This document shows positions 8,746 to 16,991 of a stretch of 32,000 nt of DNA, piece after piece; positions within the stretch are counted from its first letter, which is position 1; the number at the start of each line of letters is the position of its first letter. Source of the DNA: Desulfomonilaceae bacterium (lineage in GTDB: Bacteria > Desulfobacterota > Desulfomonilia > Desulfomonilales > Desulfomonilaceae); the NCBI GenBank assembly GCA_052146735.1, contig JBKQMK010000202.1:4633-36632 (forward strand). Direction: 5' to 3'. The notes under the pieces were generated by a model. The model was not told the DNA's origin, did not search any database, and worked only from the letters and a program-made list of their open reading frames with translations. The position numbers were made by a program, and so were the translations under genes.

Positions 8746-9834
8746 TTACTTCCACGCGGGCGCTCCGGCTGCGGTTACCTGCTTTGTCCAATCTGATTCC
8801 ACCAGGTTGTAAACATTGAGCGGTATTGGCACGTAGTGCAGATCCGTGGCCATCGACTGTCCCTGCTTGAAGCACCAGTCGAAGAACTTGAGCATGGCTC
8901 CAGCCTTTGCAGGAGCGAGTTGATCTTTGTATATGAGAATATATGAGGCTCCAACGATAGGCCAACTCTTCTCCCCAGGTTGGTCGGTAAGCACCATGTA
9001 GAAACCGGGAGCCTTATCCCAATCGGCATTGGCAGCCGCAGCTTGAAATGTCTCGATAGTTGGGGCGACGAATTTGCCCGCGCGATTCTGGAGTTGGACA
9101 AACTTCAATCTTTCTCGCAGAGCGTACGCATACTCAACATAACCAATGGCTCCATCAGTTTTCTTCACCAGAACGGAGACCCCTTCATTCCCTTTGCCCC
9201 CCACGCCGGTGGGCCAGGAGACGGACTTGTCGTTTCCTACTTTTTCTTTCCAGTCTGGTGATACCTTGCTAAGATAGTTGGTGAAAATCCAGGTAGTCCC
9301 CGAGCCGTCGGCCCTGTGCACCACAGTGATTTCCTTGTCAGGCAATCTCAAGTCCGGGTTCACTGCCATTATTCTTGGGTCATTCCATTTCTTGATCTTG
9401 GCAAGGTATATGTCTGCCAAGAGTTCAGGTGTAAGTTTGAGTTTGCCTTTTGCTATGCCTTCAACGTGGATAACCGGAACGACGCCGCCCATTATCATGG
9501 GAAACTGGACCAGTCCGTGCTGGTTCAACTCTTCTGCTTTCAGAGGTTCATCGGAGGCCCCAAAGTCAACCGTTTTGGCTTTGATCTGGACTATTCCTCC
9601 TCCGGACCCGATTGCCTGATAGCCTATCTTCAAGCCAGTGTTTTGGTTGTACTTTGTAGCCCATTTGGCATAGACGGGATACGGGAAAGTGGCACCCGCG
9701 GCACTCAAACTCTCAACGTCCGGGGCCGCATTTGCAAACAGCGCTGCCTGCAAAGCCAGTAAGACAGCCACAACCAGCGTGAGTTTAATCTTTGAGGTTG
9801 AATTGACCCCGCAAGAAAGAATCCGTCGCCCCAT
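8746..9834 (-). CDS. pstS: Phosphate ABC transporter substrate-binding protein PstS
   Basis: Signal peptide ..KLTLVVAVLLALQAALFANA. Canonical GATFPYPVYAKWATKY.., GYQAIGSGGGIVQIKAKTVDFGASDEPL, VHRADGSGTT. AAGGAGG RBS. No pstC, pstA, pstB or phoU adjacent. Confidence 0.92.
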   Translation of the reverse strand: MGRRILSCGVNSTSKIKLTLVVAVLLALQAALFANAAPDVESLSAAGATFPYPVYAKWATKYNQNTGLKIGYQAIGSGGGIVQIKAKTVDFGASDEPLKAEELNQHGLVQFPMIMGGVVPVIHVEGIAKGKLKLTPELLADIYLAKIKKWNDPRIMAVNPDLRLPDKEITVVHRADGSGTTWIFTNYLSKVSPDWKEKVGNDKSVSWPTGVGGKGNEGVSVLVKKTDGAIGYVEYAYALRERLKFVQLQNRAGKFVAPTIETFQAAAANADWDKAPGFYMVLTDQPGEKSWPIVGASYILIYKDQLAPAKAGAMLKFFDWCFKQGQSMATDLHYVPIPLNVYNLVESDWTKQVTAAGAPAWK

Positions 9835-10433
9835 TTTGTCCTCCTTTTTGTCTTCAGCAAGATGTTGTCACCATGTTTACAAGAAACTTTAGATGATGCC
9901 CGACTGCCCTTCGGGATGCTTGGGCGGCATATGTTTGAAGGACAGCACGGGCATCCGGAGCCGGGATTTCATTAGAAACGATCAATGTTAAGAGATCGCT
10001 AGTGCAAAGTTAAAAGTTAGATAGAAGTGGAAACCTTCCGTGCTCGATCGCGAGCCCGAAACCACGGTGTGTATTTGCTGCCAGTCCTCAACATCTCGTC
10101 TCTAACTTTTCAAAATCGGTATTTCTAACAAACATTTATAACAGACCTAACCAGTGGCTCACATTTTCGGACCATTCTGTTTCTGCACTAACATCACCAT
10201 GTTGGTATTGAGAATCCACAAGAAAGCGTATCTCATCAAAACTTGGCATCGATATGTGCTGAACGAAGCAAGGTTTAATGAAAAACTCACGCCTGAGTAA
10301 TATTCCGATAACAGACGCAGTCCTAGTAAGGGGCCGGCTGCGGTCACGAGTCAGGACAGGTTGGATGGTCCTGAAATTCGCTTCACGCGGTTCCATGGAA
10401 CTGGCCGATTTTGAGAATAATTAGGAGGAAAGA

Positions 10434-11126
10434 ATGGCGGAATGCAGTCTCAGTACAGGTTTACTCAAAGATGTCCTTCAGCACGCCAAACCGCTCGGGC
10501 ATAACCAAAAACCCCGCAATTTGAACCTTGGTTTCGGCTTCATTTATTATGGCGTTGTAAGGGCCCTCAGACCCAAACACACCCTGGTGATTGGTTCAGG
10601 ATACGGCTTCAGTGTGGTCTGCCTGGCTCTTGCCCTGAAGGACAATGGACAGGGCTCCCTTACGTTTGTGGATCCCTCGTATTCTTTGCTAAAGGATGGT
10701 CCCCTAAAAACCATGGGAGGCCGCGCCACTTGGAGTTCCGACACCAGCGTTAAAGAGCATTTCCGGAGATTCGGAGTTGAAGATATCGTAACCCACCACA
10801 AGATGAGGAGCGACCAATTGTTTCCTTCTTACGAAGACTTACAGTTGTCTCCCATCGACCTGGGCTTTATCGACGGAAATCATTCATATGAGGATGTGAA
10901 ATACGATTTCATCAGTATGCTCGGCCGTTGTCGCAAGAATAGTTACATCTTTCTTCACGATACTAACATCTACGTTAGAGAATTCCTTCACCATTCGGGG
11001 GTCAAACGGTGGCTGAAGATTGTGAAGAGAGAGGAGCAAGCGTTCGAAGTGATAAATTTCCCTTTTTCATCAGGTGTTGCACTAGTGCGAATCTTGGAGC
11101 CCGCTATATGGAAACAAGTTCACTGA
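10434..11126 (+). CDS. Class I SAM-dependent methyltransferase (Methyltransf_24/TylF-CmcI-like)
   Basis: TLVIGSGYGFSVVCLALAL (SAM-binding Gly loop), LTFVDPS, GFIDGNHSYEDVKYDF. RBS AGGAGGAAAGA before the ATG. Confidence 0.7.
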   Translation: MAECSLSTGLLKDVLQHAKPLGHNQKPRNLNLGFGFIYYGVVRALRPKHTLVIGSGYGFSVVCLALALKDNGQGSLTFVDPSYSLLKDGPLKTMGGRATWSSDTSVKEHFRRFGVEDIVTHHKMRSDQLFPSYEDLQLSPIDLGFIDGNHSYEDVKYDFISMLGRCRKNSYIFLHDTNIYVREFLHHSGVKRWLKIVKREEQAFEVINFPFSSGVALVRILEPAIWKQVH

Positions 11127-11809
11127 CTCGCATCATCTTGCCATGCGTTTTGGTAATAATCGCTGCATTCCTGTTCTGGCGCTACATCTGGTTCTTCCGG
11201 AACCCGCCGCGAACCATTGCTGGGGGTGAAAACATGGTTAGCCCTGCCGACGGGACAGTCGTGTATGTCAAGACGGTTCAGCCCAATGAAGAGGTAATAG
11301 TTATAAAACAAGGGGTCTCAGCCCGCATCAAGGACATAGTACGACAGGACATGGACGCGCCCAAGCTGGTGGTAGGCATCTTCATGAGCCCATTTAATGT
11401 TCACTATAACCGCGCGCCAATAGCGGGGAGGGTCGAGCAGATCGTTCACCATCCCGCCAAGACAAGGAACTTACATATGGGACCAATGCACCTTCGGACA
11501 TTGATTAATCACCTACCCCTTTATGAAAACAGCCTCCACATAGTGGAGAATGAGAGGACCGTGACGAGGATCAGAGGAAGATTCAAAGGAGATGATGTGT
11601 CCTGCTACGTGGTCCAGATAGCGGGAAAAAGCGTGAGCGGAATTGACAGCTATGTCCTTGAAGGGGGAGGGGTCCGCAAGGGAGAAATCTTTGGAATGAT
11701 CCGCATTGGATCTCAGGTAGACGTAGTTGTTCCGGAGTTTGCCGGAATGCAAGTCAAGGTCCACCCTGGAGATAAAGTTTGGGCCGGAGAGTCTGTGCTT
11801 GTGGAATAA
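11108..11809 (+). CDS. Phosphatidylserine decarboxylase family protein, small Asd-like type with N-terminal TM helix
   Basis: ORF 11009..11809. Likely start ATG 11108 (METSSLTRIILPCVLVIIAAFLFW), overlapping the methyltransferase gene by 19 nt. VSPADGTVVYV, IFMSPFNVHYNRAPIAGRV, and a candidate pyruvoyl self-cleavage site IRIGSQVDVVVP. Confidence 0.8.
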   Translation: METSSLTRIILPCVLVIIAAFLFWRYIWFFRNPPRTIAGGENMVSPADGTVVYVKTVQPNEEVIVIKQGVSARIKDIVRQDMDAPKLVVGIFMSPFNVHYNRAPIAGRVEQIVHHPAKTRNLHMGPMHLRTLINHLPLYENSLHIVENERTVTRIRGRFKGDDVSCYVVQIAGKSVSGIDSYVLEGGGVRKGEIFGMIRIGSQVDVVVPEFAGMQVKVHPGDKVWAGESVLVE

Positions 11810-11857
11810 TCAATTCAAAACAACTCTACACGAATACTTAAGAAAGGTGGCAATGGC

Positions 11858-14353
11858 ATGAAAATCGATCTGCATGTCCATTCTAAGTTTTCCAGACGGC
11901 CTTCGGAGTGGATCCTCAAAAAGCTTGGGTGTCCGGAAAGTTTCACCGACCCCTTGCATCTTTACACAATTGCAAAAAAGAGAGGAATGTCCGCGGTCAC
12001 AATCACCGACCATAATACAATCGAGGGCTCTATGGAAATCGCCCATCTTCCGGACACTTTCGTAAGCGAGGAAGTGACTACCTATTTCCCTGATGACAGG
12101 TGCAAGCTTCATGTTCTCGTGTATGACATCGATGAGCAAAAGCACCAAGACATTCAAAAGATACGGGAGAATGTGTTCGACCTGACAGCTTACCTCAGAG
12201 AAAGCAGGATAACCCACGTCCTCGCTCATCCGCTATTTTCTATAAATGGGAAACTGAGCATCGAACATTTCGAGAAGTGTCTGCTCATTTTCAAGAATTT
12301 TGAACTGAACGGCGCGCGAAATGAGGAACAGAACCGGTGCCTCGAACTCGTACTCTCGATTCTGACCCCGGAAAAGATTGAACAACTTGCAGAAAAGCAC
12401 AATTTGACGCCATCATTTGTTTTCCCGTGGGTAAAGAACCTGACCGGAGGATCGGATGATCACAGCTCGCTTACCATAGCCCGCAGATATACTAAAGTAG
12501 AAGCGGCGACCGGAGTGGAACGGTTTCTGCGGGGAGTCGAACAGAACGAGGCTGCAGTTGCCGGTCCGGGATCGAGTCCCAAAACATTGGCTCACAATGT
12601 GTACAGCGTAGCATATCAGTTTTATCAGAATAAATTTGATTTGAAGCGGTACGTTAATAGTGACGTCATCTTTAAATTTCTGGACCGATTCCTTCAAGTG
12701 GGCCAAGACCGTGAGCCCGGCCTTCTGGCAAGACTGGATTTCTATTGGAACCACGGGAAGAGGCCAAAGGCTGCCGACAGAGGAAATGGGACCGTCATGA
12801 ACTTGCTGCGGCAGGAGACTCACCGACTGATTTGGGATGATCCGCAACTTTCGGAGATATTCAAAAACGGTAACGGAGATAGCGAAACTCTCGACGAAAA
12901 ATGGTTCCGTTTTGTGAACAAAGTCTCGATTAAGGTAGTAGAGCACTTTACGGACCACGTAATGGACAGCCTTGCCGGAGCCCACTTTCTGAACCTGTTT
13001 AACGCTCTGGGTTCTGCCGGGGCGCTATATTCGGTGCTGGCGCCGTATTTTGTCGCATTCTCGATCTATTCGGAGGATAGGCAGTTCGGCGATACAGTGC
13101 TACGCCGGTTTCTCGAGGAAAAGCCGAACCCCTCAAAGCGTGCCGACAGCATCAAGGTTGCGCACTTTACTGACACGTTCTATGAAGTCAATGGAGTTGC
13201 GGGCACGTTGAAGGCGCAAATAGGCGCTGCTCTCAGAACCGGCAAGAACTATACCGTGGTAACCTGTGACCCTGGACATCACACCAGCACCAAGGGCGTC
13301 ACGAACTTCAAGCCCATCGGAGTTTACGAAACGCCTGTTTATCCGGAACAAAAGCTCTTCTATCCTCCTTTTCTGGAAATGCTTGACTACTGCTACAATG
13401 AAGCATTCACTCACATTCATTGCGCTACACCAGGTCCTCTCGGACTCGCAGCACTAGCCATTGCGCGCATATTGAAGGTTCCTGTAGTGGGAACTTATCA
13501 TACAGCCCTACCTCAATATTCCCAGTATCTTACAGAGGACGCCACCATCGCTGAACTGATGTGGAAATACGTCTTATGGTACTATGACCAGATGGATCGC
13601 GTGTTCGTGCCATCCAGGAGCACGGCTGCCGAACTTACGGAAAGGGGAATATACTCGCACAAGGTTGTAGTGACTCCGAGAGGAGTGGACACCAGCCGAT
13701 TCTGCCCGACTAAGCGCAATGGGTGTCTTGATGAGTATTGCAGCAGCAAAGAAGCGGTGAAGCTCCTGTATGTGGGTCGAGTTTCCAAAGAAAAAAACTT
13801 GGAACTACTTGTGAAGGCTTTCCGGGAGTTGGTCCAGTCAGGGGAAGAAGTGAATCTGTTCATTGTGGGGGACGGTCCGTACCGCGAAGAGATGGAGCGG
13901 GCTTTGACGGAGACTCCGACCATTTTCATGGGATACGTGGAGGGTGAGGCGCTTGCGGAAGTCTATGCTTCCTGCGATCTTTTTGTGTTTCCCAGCACCA
14001 CCGATACCTTCGGAAACGTGGTTCTGGAATCTCAGGCATCCGGTCTCCCGGTTATTGTGACCAATTGCGGCGGGCCTCGAGAGAACATGATTCCGGGAAA
14101 AACAGGTCTGATCGTCGAAGGAAACAGTGAGAAAAGCCTTCTGGACGGAATACAGACCTTGCTGTCAGACCCACGGCGTCTGAAGGAGATGGGGAAGGCG
14201 GCCCGTGGGTACGCGGAGAATCGCTCATTCGACATTGCGTTCAACAAGTCGTGGGACCTTTACACCGAAACTCCTGAATCCTTTGGGACCGGCTCTCAGG
14301 TACCTTGGATTTGGTCCTTTCCGGCAGAGGGCCCACAGAGGCGGTCGGCTTAG
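11858..14353 (+). CDS. Fusion protein: N-terminal PHP metal-dependent phosphoesterase + unknown hydrophobic linker + C-terminal GT4 (GT-B) glycosyltransferase
   Basis: PHP: MKIDLHVHSKFS, ITDHNTIEG, VLAHP, GGSDDHS. Linker has the hydrophobic stretch FLNLFNALGSAGALYSVLAPYFVAFSIY. GT4: VAHFTDTFYEVNGVA, GRVSKEKNLELLVKAF, FVFPSTTDTFGNVVLESQASGLPVIVTNCGGPRENM. Confidence 0.85.
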   Translation: MKIDLHVHSKFSRRPSEWILKKLGCPESFTDPLHLYTIAKKRGMSAVTITDHNTIEGSMEIAHLPDTFVSEEVTTYFPDDRCKLHVLVYDIDEQKHQDIQKIRENVFDLTAYLRESRITHVLAHPLFSINGKLSIEHFEKCLLIFKNFELNGARNEEQNRCLELVLSILTPEKIEQLAEKHNLTPSFVFPWVKNLTGGSDDHSSLTIARRYTKVEAATGVERFLRGVEQNEAAVAGPGSSPKTLAHNVYSVAYQFYQNKFDLKRYVNSDVIFKFLDRFLQVGQDREPGLLARLDFYWNHGKRPKAADRGNGTVMNLLRQETHRLIWDDPQLSEIFKNGNGDSETLDEKWFRFVNKVSIKVVEHFTDHVMDSLAGAHFLNLFNALGSAGALYSVLAPYFVAFSIYSEDRQFGDTVLRRFLEEKPNPSKRADSIKVAHFTDTFYEVNGVAGTLKAQIGAALRTGKNYTVVTCDPGHHTSTKGVTNFKPIGVYETPVYPEQKLFYPPFLEMLDYCYNEAFTHIHCATPGPLGLAALAIARILKVPVVGTYHTALPQYSQYLTEDATIAELMWKYVLWYYDQMDRVFVPSRSTAAELTERGIYSHKVVVTPRGVDTSRFCPTKRNGCLDEYCSSKEAVKLLYVGRVSKEKNLELLVKAFRELVQSGEEVNLFIVGDGPYREEMERALTETPTIFMGYVEGEALAEVYASCDLFVFPSTTDTFGNVVLESQASGLPVIVTNCGGPRENMIPGKTGLIVEGNSEKSLLDGIQTLLSDPRRLKEMGKAARGYAENRSFDIAFNKSWDLYTETPESFGTGSQVPWIWSFPAEGPQRRSA

Positions 14354-14411
14354 ACAGTCTGCTCTTCTTTTACTGGTGCTGTGACAAAAATTGGCTGCTG
14401 AATTGACATCT

Positions 14412-15272
14412 ATGCCATTGGACTATTATTTGGCGTCAGTGCTCGACTGGACCCAGAGTCTTGGTGGATGGGGCCTCATTGTCGTTGCAGCCTTGTATGT
14501 CCTGGCGTGCCTACTGTTTCTCCCCGGATCGATACTTACTCTAGGGGTCGGCTTCTTGTTCGGTGCTCCCGCGGGAGTTTTGACCGTGTTGACGGGAGCC
14601 AATTTCGGGGCTTGCGCCGTTTTCGTCGTTGGCCGGACTATTGCTCGTGACTGGATAGCCCGGAAGATAGCCGATAACCCGAAACTTGCAGCCCTGGATG
14701 TTGCTGTAGGTAAAGAAGGGTTTAGGATGGTGCTGCTGCTCCGGCTGAATCCGGTGGTTCCTTTCAATGTTCTGAATTATGCCCTTGGCCTTACCAAGGT
14801 TTCCTTCCGCGATTACGCTCTCGCAACACTGATTGGTATGCTTCCTGAGACCCTGATATTGGTCTACCTGGGCTCCGCGGCAAAATCTTTAGCCGATTCG
14901 GTTACAGGCCAGGCAGACAGTGGTACGGCCGGTCGCGTTTTTATGTGGATCGGACTTGCAGCCACGATAGGCGTTGCAATCTTGGCAACACGGATTGCCC
15001 AACGGAGCCTGAAGGCGGCCCGAACGCCGGCACGCGATGCCCGCATGGCTACACCTGTTGAAGGGCTTCGAGAAAAAGAGGTCAATAATCGAACAATTCC
15101 GGTCTGGGCGTGTCGGACGTTCCCTATCCCCTCACGTGGATTTGAACCAACCATCCCCCAATTTATCGGCGAACAACCTGCCAACCCTTTGGATTCCAGG
15201 ATCGAACACTCTTCATTCTCAGACTTTATGCGCTCCACGCAACCAAGCACGCACTTGTCGGATGAGCGATAA
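14412..15272 (+). CDS. TVP38/TMEM64 (DedA/SNARE-associated) family membrane protein with non-conserved-looking C-terminal tail
   Basis: ORF 14391..15272, with TTG at 14391 and the first ATG at 14412. LLFLPGSILTLGVGFLFG and RLNPVVPFNVLNYALGLTKVSFRDY. The last ~90 aa are hydrophilic and unlike the family core. Confidence 0.75.
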   Translation: MPLDYYLASVLDWTQSLGGWGLIVVAALYVLACLLFLPGSILTLGVGFLFGAPAGVLTVLTGANFGACAVFVVGRTIARDWIARKIADNPKLAALDVAVGKEGFRMVLLLRLNPVVPFNVLNYALGLTKVSFRDYALATLIGMLPETLILVYLGSAAKSLADSVTGQADSGTAGRVFMWIGLAATIGVAILATRIAQRSLKAARTPARDARMATPVEGLREKEVNNRTIPVWACRTFPIPSRGFEPTIPQFIGEQPANPLDSRIEHSSFSDFMRSTQPSTHLSDER

Positions 15273-15357
15273 ATCCTGACTACGAGCGCTGCCTTTTTCT
15301 GGAGCCGACCACTAATCGTTTTTTAATTGATTCCAAACACCCCCAAAACTTTTTCCT

Positions 15358-15419
15358 TGTACACATTATGTAATCAATGTTTTGATTCGATCACGAAACG
15401 TGTTTTACAGAAGCAAATC
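15358..15419 (+). promoter_or_regulatory. Operator/promoter module copy A, upstream of the LysR gene
   Basis: TGTACAC-ATTA-TGTAATC direct repeats, the inverted repeat CACG-AAA-CGTG, and GCAAATC. 46 of 62 positions are identical to copy B in an ungapped alignment (hand count), with the same internal spacings. Confidence 0.5.
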
Positions 15420-15462
15420 GGCCGTATTCACCTGGACAAAAAGTCAGAGGAAACCGAAAGTG

Positions 15463-16350
15463 ATGAATCTGGAGCATGTCAAATCCTACTTGGCGGTTGT
15501 GCGCACTGGGAGCTACCATAAAGCTGCCAAGCACCTCGGATTGGCTCAGCCCACGGTCAGTCAGCATATCAGAAAACTGGAGAAAACCCTTGGCGCCACA
15601 TTGATCATCCGCGACCGCAATGGATGCTTCATGGCGCCACGCACTGAAGCCTTTGCACGCCAGGCCGAGTCGTTAGTCCGGATCGCGGACAAGGCGCGGA
15701 ATGCTTTGCGCCGTCCGACGATGACTGTGGGGGCCAGCACAAATGTAGGGACCTACCTGCTGCAGCCCATGTTTAAAGACTTCTACGAAGCTAATCGCGA
15801 GTCGCTGACTCTAGACCTGGTCATTGATCGCAATGATCGGATCGCGGATCGTCTCGAGAGTGATGAGATTGATGTTGCAGTCATGGAGTGGTGGGACAAT
15901 CGAGCGGGTTTCGTGAACCGCCCTTGGAAGAAGGAACGACTGGTGGTGATTGTTCCTCCCGGTCATCCCTGGAGCACTCGAAAATCTATCTCAGCGGAAG
16001 AGCTAATGGGGGAAAGGATGATCGGAGGCGAATCGGCCACGGGAACTGGCCGAGTACTGCGTGAAGCCCTGGGGGATCTTATGTCTGAATTTCACGTGGC
16101 ATTCAAACTTGGGAGCACGGAGGCCGTTAAGAACGCCGTTCAGACCGGGCTTGGAATTTCTATGGTCTTGGCGAGTTCAGTTGTGGACGAGGTCAAAAGC
16201 GGGGCGCTTAAAGCCATACATATCGATGGCCCTTGGCTCGAAAAGGAACTCATGGTCATTCATCGTCGCGGCCTTCCTAGTGACAGCGTCGCGGTAAGGT
16301 TCGCCGAGAAACTGACAAAAGAAAACGCGGTTTCGCTCGCGCCTTCTTGA
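15463..16350 (+). CDS. LysR-family transcriptional regulator (PtxE-like by context)
   Basis: ORF 15382..16350. Start ATG 15463 follows AGAGGAAA. HTH VKSYLAVVRTGSYHKAAKHLGLAQPTVSQHIRKLEKTLGATLIIRD, followed by a LysR substrate-binding domain. Confidence 0.88.
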   Translation: MNLEHVKSYLAVVRTGSYHKAAKHLGLAQPTVSQHIRKLEKTLGATLIIRDRNGCFMAPRTEAFARQAESLVRIADKARNALRRPTMTVGASTNVGTYLLQPMFKDFYEANRESLTLDLVIDRNDRIADRLESDEIDVAVMEWWDNRAGFVNRPWKKERLVVIVPPGHPWSTRKSISAEELMGERMIGGESATGTGRVLREALGDLMSEFHVAFKLGSTEAVKNAVQTGLGISMVLASSVVDEVKSGALKAIHIDGPWLEKELMVIHRRGLPSDSVAVRFAEKLTKENAVSLAPS

Positions 16351-16421
16351 AGTAATCATTTTCACCTGTGATACCAATGCGCTGCCGAATAAGTAATCCC
16401 GCCGATGAAGGGACTGACCGG

Positions 16422-16490
16422 CGTTTCGGGCAGGTCTCCGGAGCGCACTCACCCTATGCCGTTCATAGCGTAAGAGATCTGCCCGAAACG
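16422..16490 (+). other. Long inverted repeat: 17-bp stem with one G.U, 35-nt loop, between the LysR gene and the ptx promoter module
   Basis: CGTTTCGGGCAGGTCTC (16422-16438) pairs with GAGATCTGCCCGAAACG (16474-16490). No U-tract follows. Confidence 0.45.
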
Positions 16491-16614
16491 GCACCAACTG
16501 CTCTGACGCAGTACTACTCGTTTGAAAGCGCCTTGTTATTACGGGTCTTCATTGGTCGAGGAAAAGGATTAACCATTTTTTAGTTTGATCCTAATTCCTA
16601 CCAAATTTTGTCCG

Positions 16615-16676
16615 GGTAAACATTATGTAATCAAAATCCTTTTTCGATGACGAAACGTCATCCATCGCAGCAAATC
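16615..16676 (+). promoter_or_regulatory. Operator/promoter module copy B, upstream of the ptx operon
   Basis: GGTAAAC-ATTA-TGTAATC, the perfect 7-bp inverted repeat GATGACG-AAA-CGTCATC (16646-16662), and GCAAATC (16670-16676). See copy A. Confidence 0.5.
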
Positions 16677-16743
16677 TCCCATTTTACGCCGCACTCGATG
16701 CGAGGGAGATTGGGATTTCCATCCGCTGAAAGAAGGAAAGACC

Positions 16744-16869
16744 ATGGCAAGTCAGCACCTAAATCTGAAAAGTTTGGCGGCGGTCACCGCGATTGAGGCA
16801 TGTTTCCTGCTCGTTGCCCGCAGTTTCCGTGCGCAGCAGACGAAAGACGGGCAAATCGCTGAAATTTAG
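16744..16869 (+). CDS. Candidate 41-aa small ORF/leader between the ptx promoter module and ptxA
   Basis: Below the ORF-track size cut-off. GAAGGAAAG RBS, then ATG. MASQHLNLKSLAAVTAIEACFLLVARSFRAQQTKDGQIAEI*. No family recognised. Confidence 0.25.
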   Translation: MASQHLNLKSLAAVTAIEACFLLVARSFRAQQTKDGQIAEI

Positions 16870-16991
16870 TTTCCAATTTCGCAACGAGAAAGCCGATGAG
16901 GCGCTTGCTCCTTACTTAGTTTTACTCCAGCGGTGTTGAAACTGGTGTAGGGACATCACTCTTCCGCGGGATACCGGATGGGGAGAATGAA

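Noticed and set aside
9862-9884. Sigma-54-like TGG...TTGC string (TGGTGACAACATCTTGCT, minus strand) upstream of pstS.
   Set aside because: The GG-to-GC spacing is 2 nt longer than the -24/-12 consensus, and the element lies too close to the RBS.
9869-10204. Shared 10-mer TCACCATGTT at 9869-9878 and 10195-10204 in the pstS/methyltransferase divergent intergenic region.
   Set aside because: There are only two copies, in the same orientation relative to divergent genes, and no extended similarity. This is compatible with chance.
12413-14247. Antisense ORFs within the PHP-GT4 gene (12413-12985, 13133-13420, 13582-13929, 14032-14247).
   Set aside because: Shadow ORFs opposite a gene with clear domain motifs.
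15125-15250. tRNA-like T-loop strings on the minus strand (GGTTCAAATCC, GTTCGATCC) inside the 3' tail of the TVP38/DedA ORF. They suggested a hidden tRNA or tRNA-Sec, or an integration-site remnant.
   Set aside because: Hand folding gives only 3 bp of T-stem for the first motif and none for the second. No acceptor, D or anticodon arms could be built. At best it is a degraded fragment. tRNAscan-SE or Infernal would settle it.
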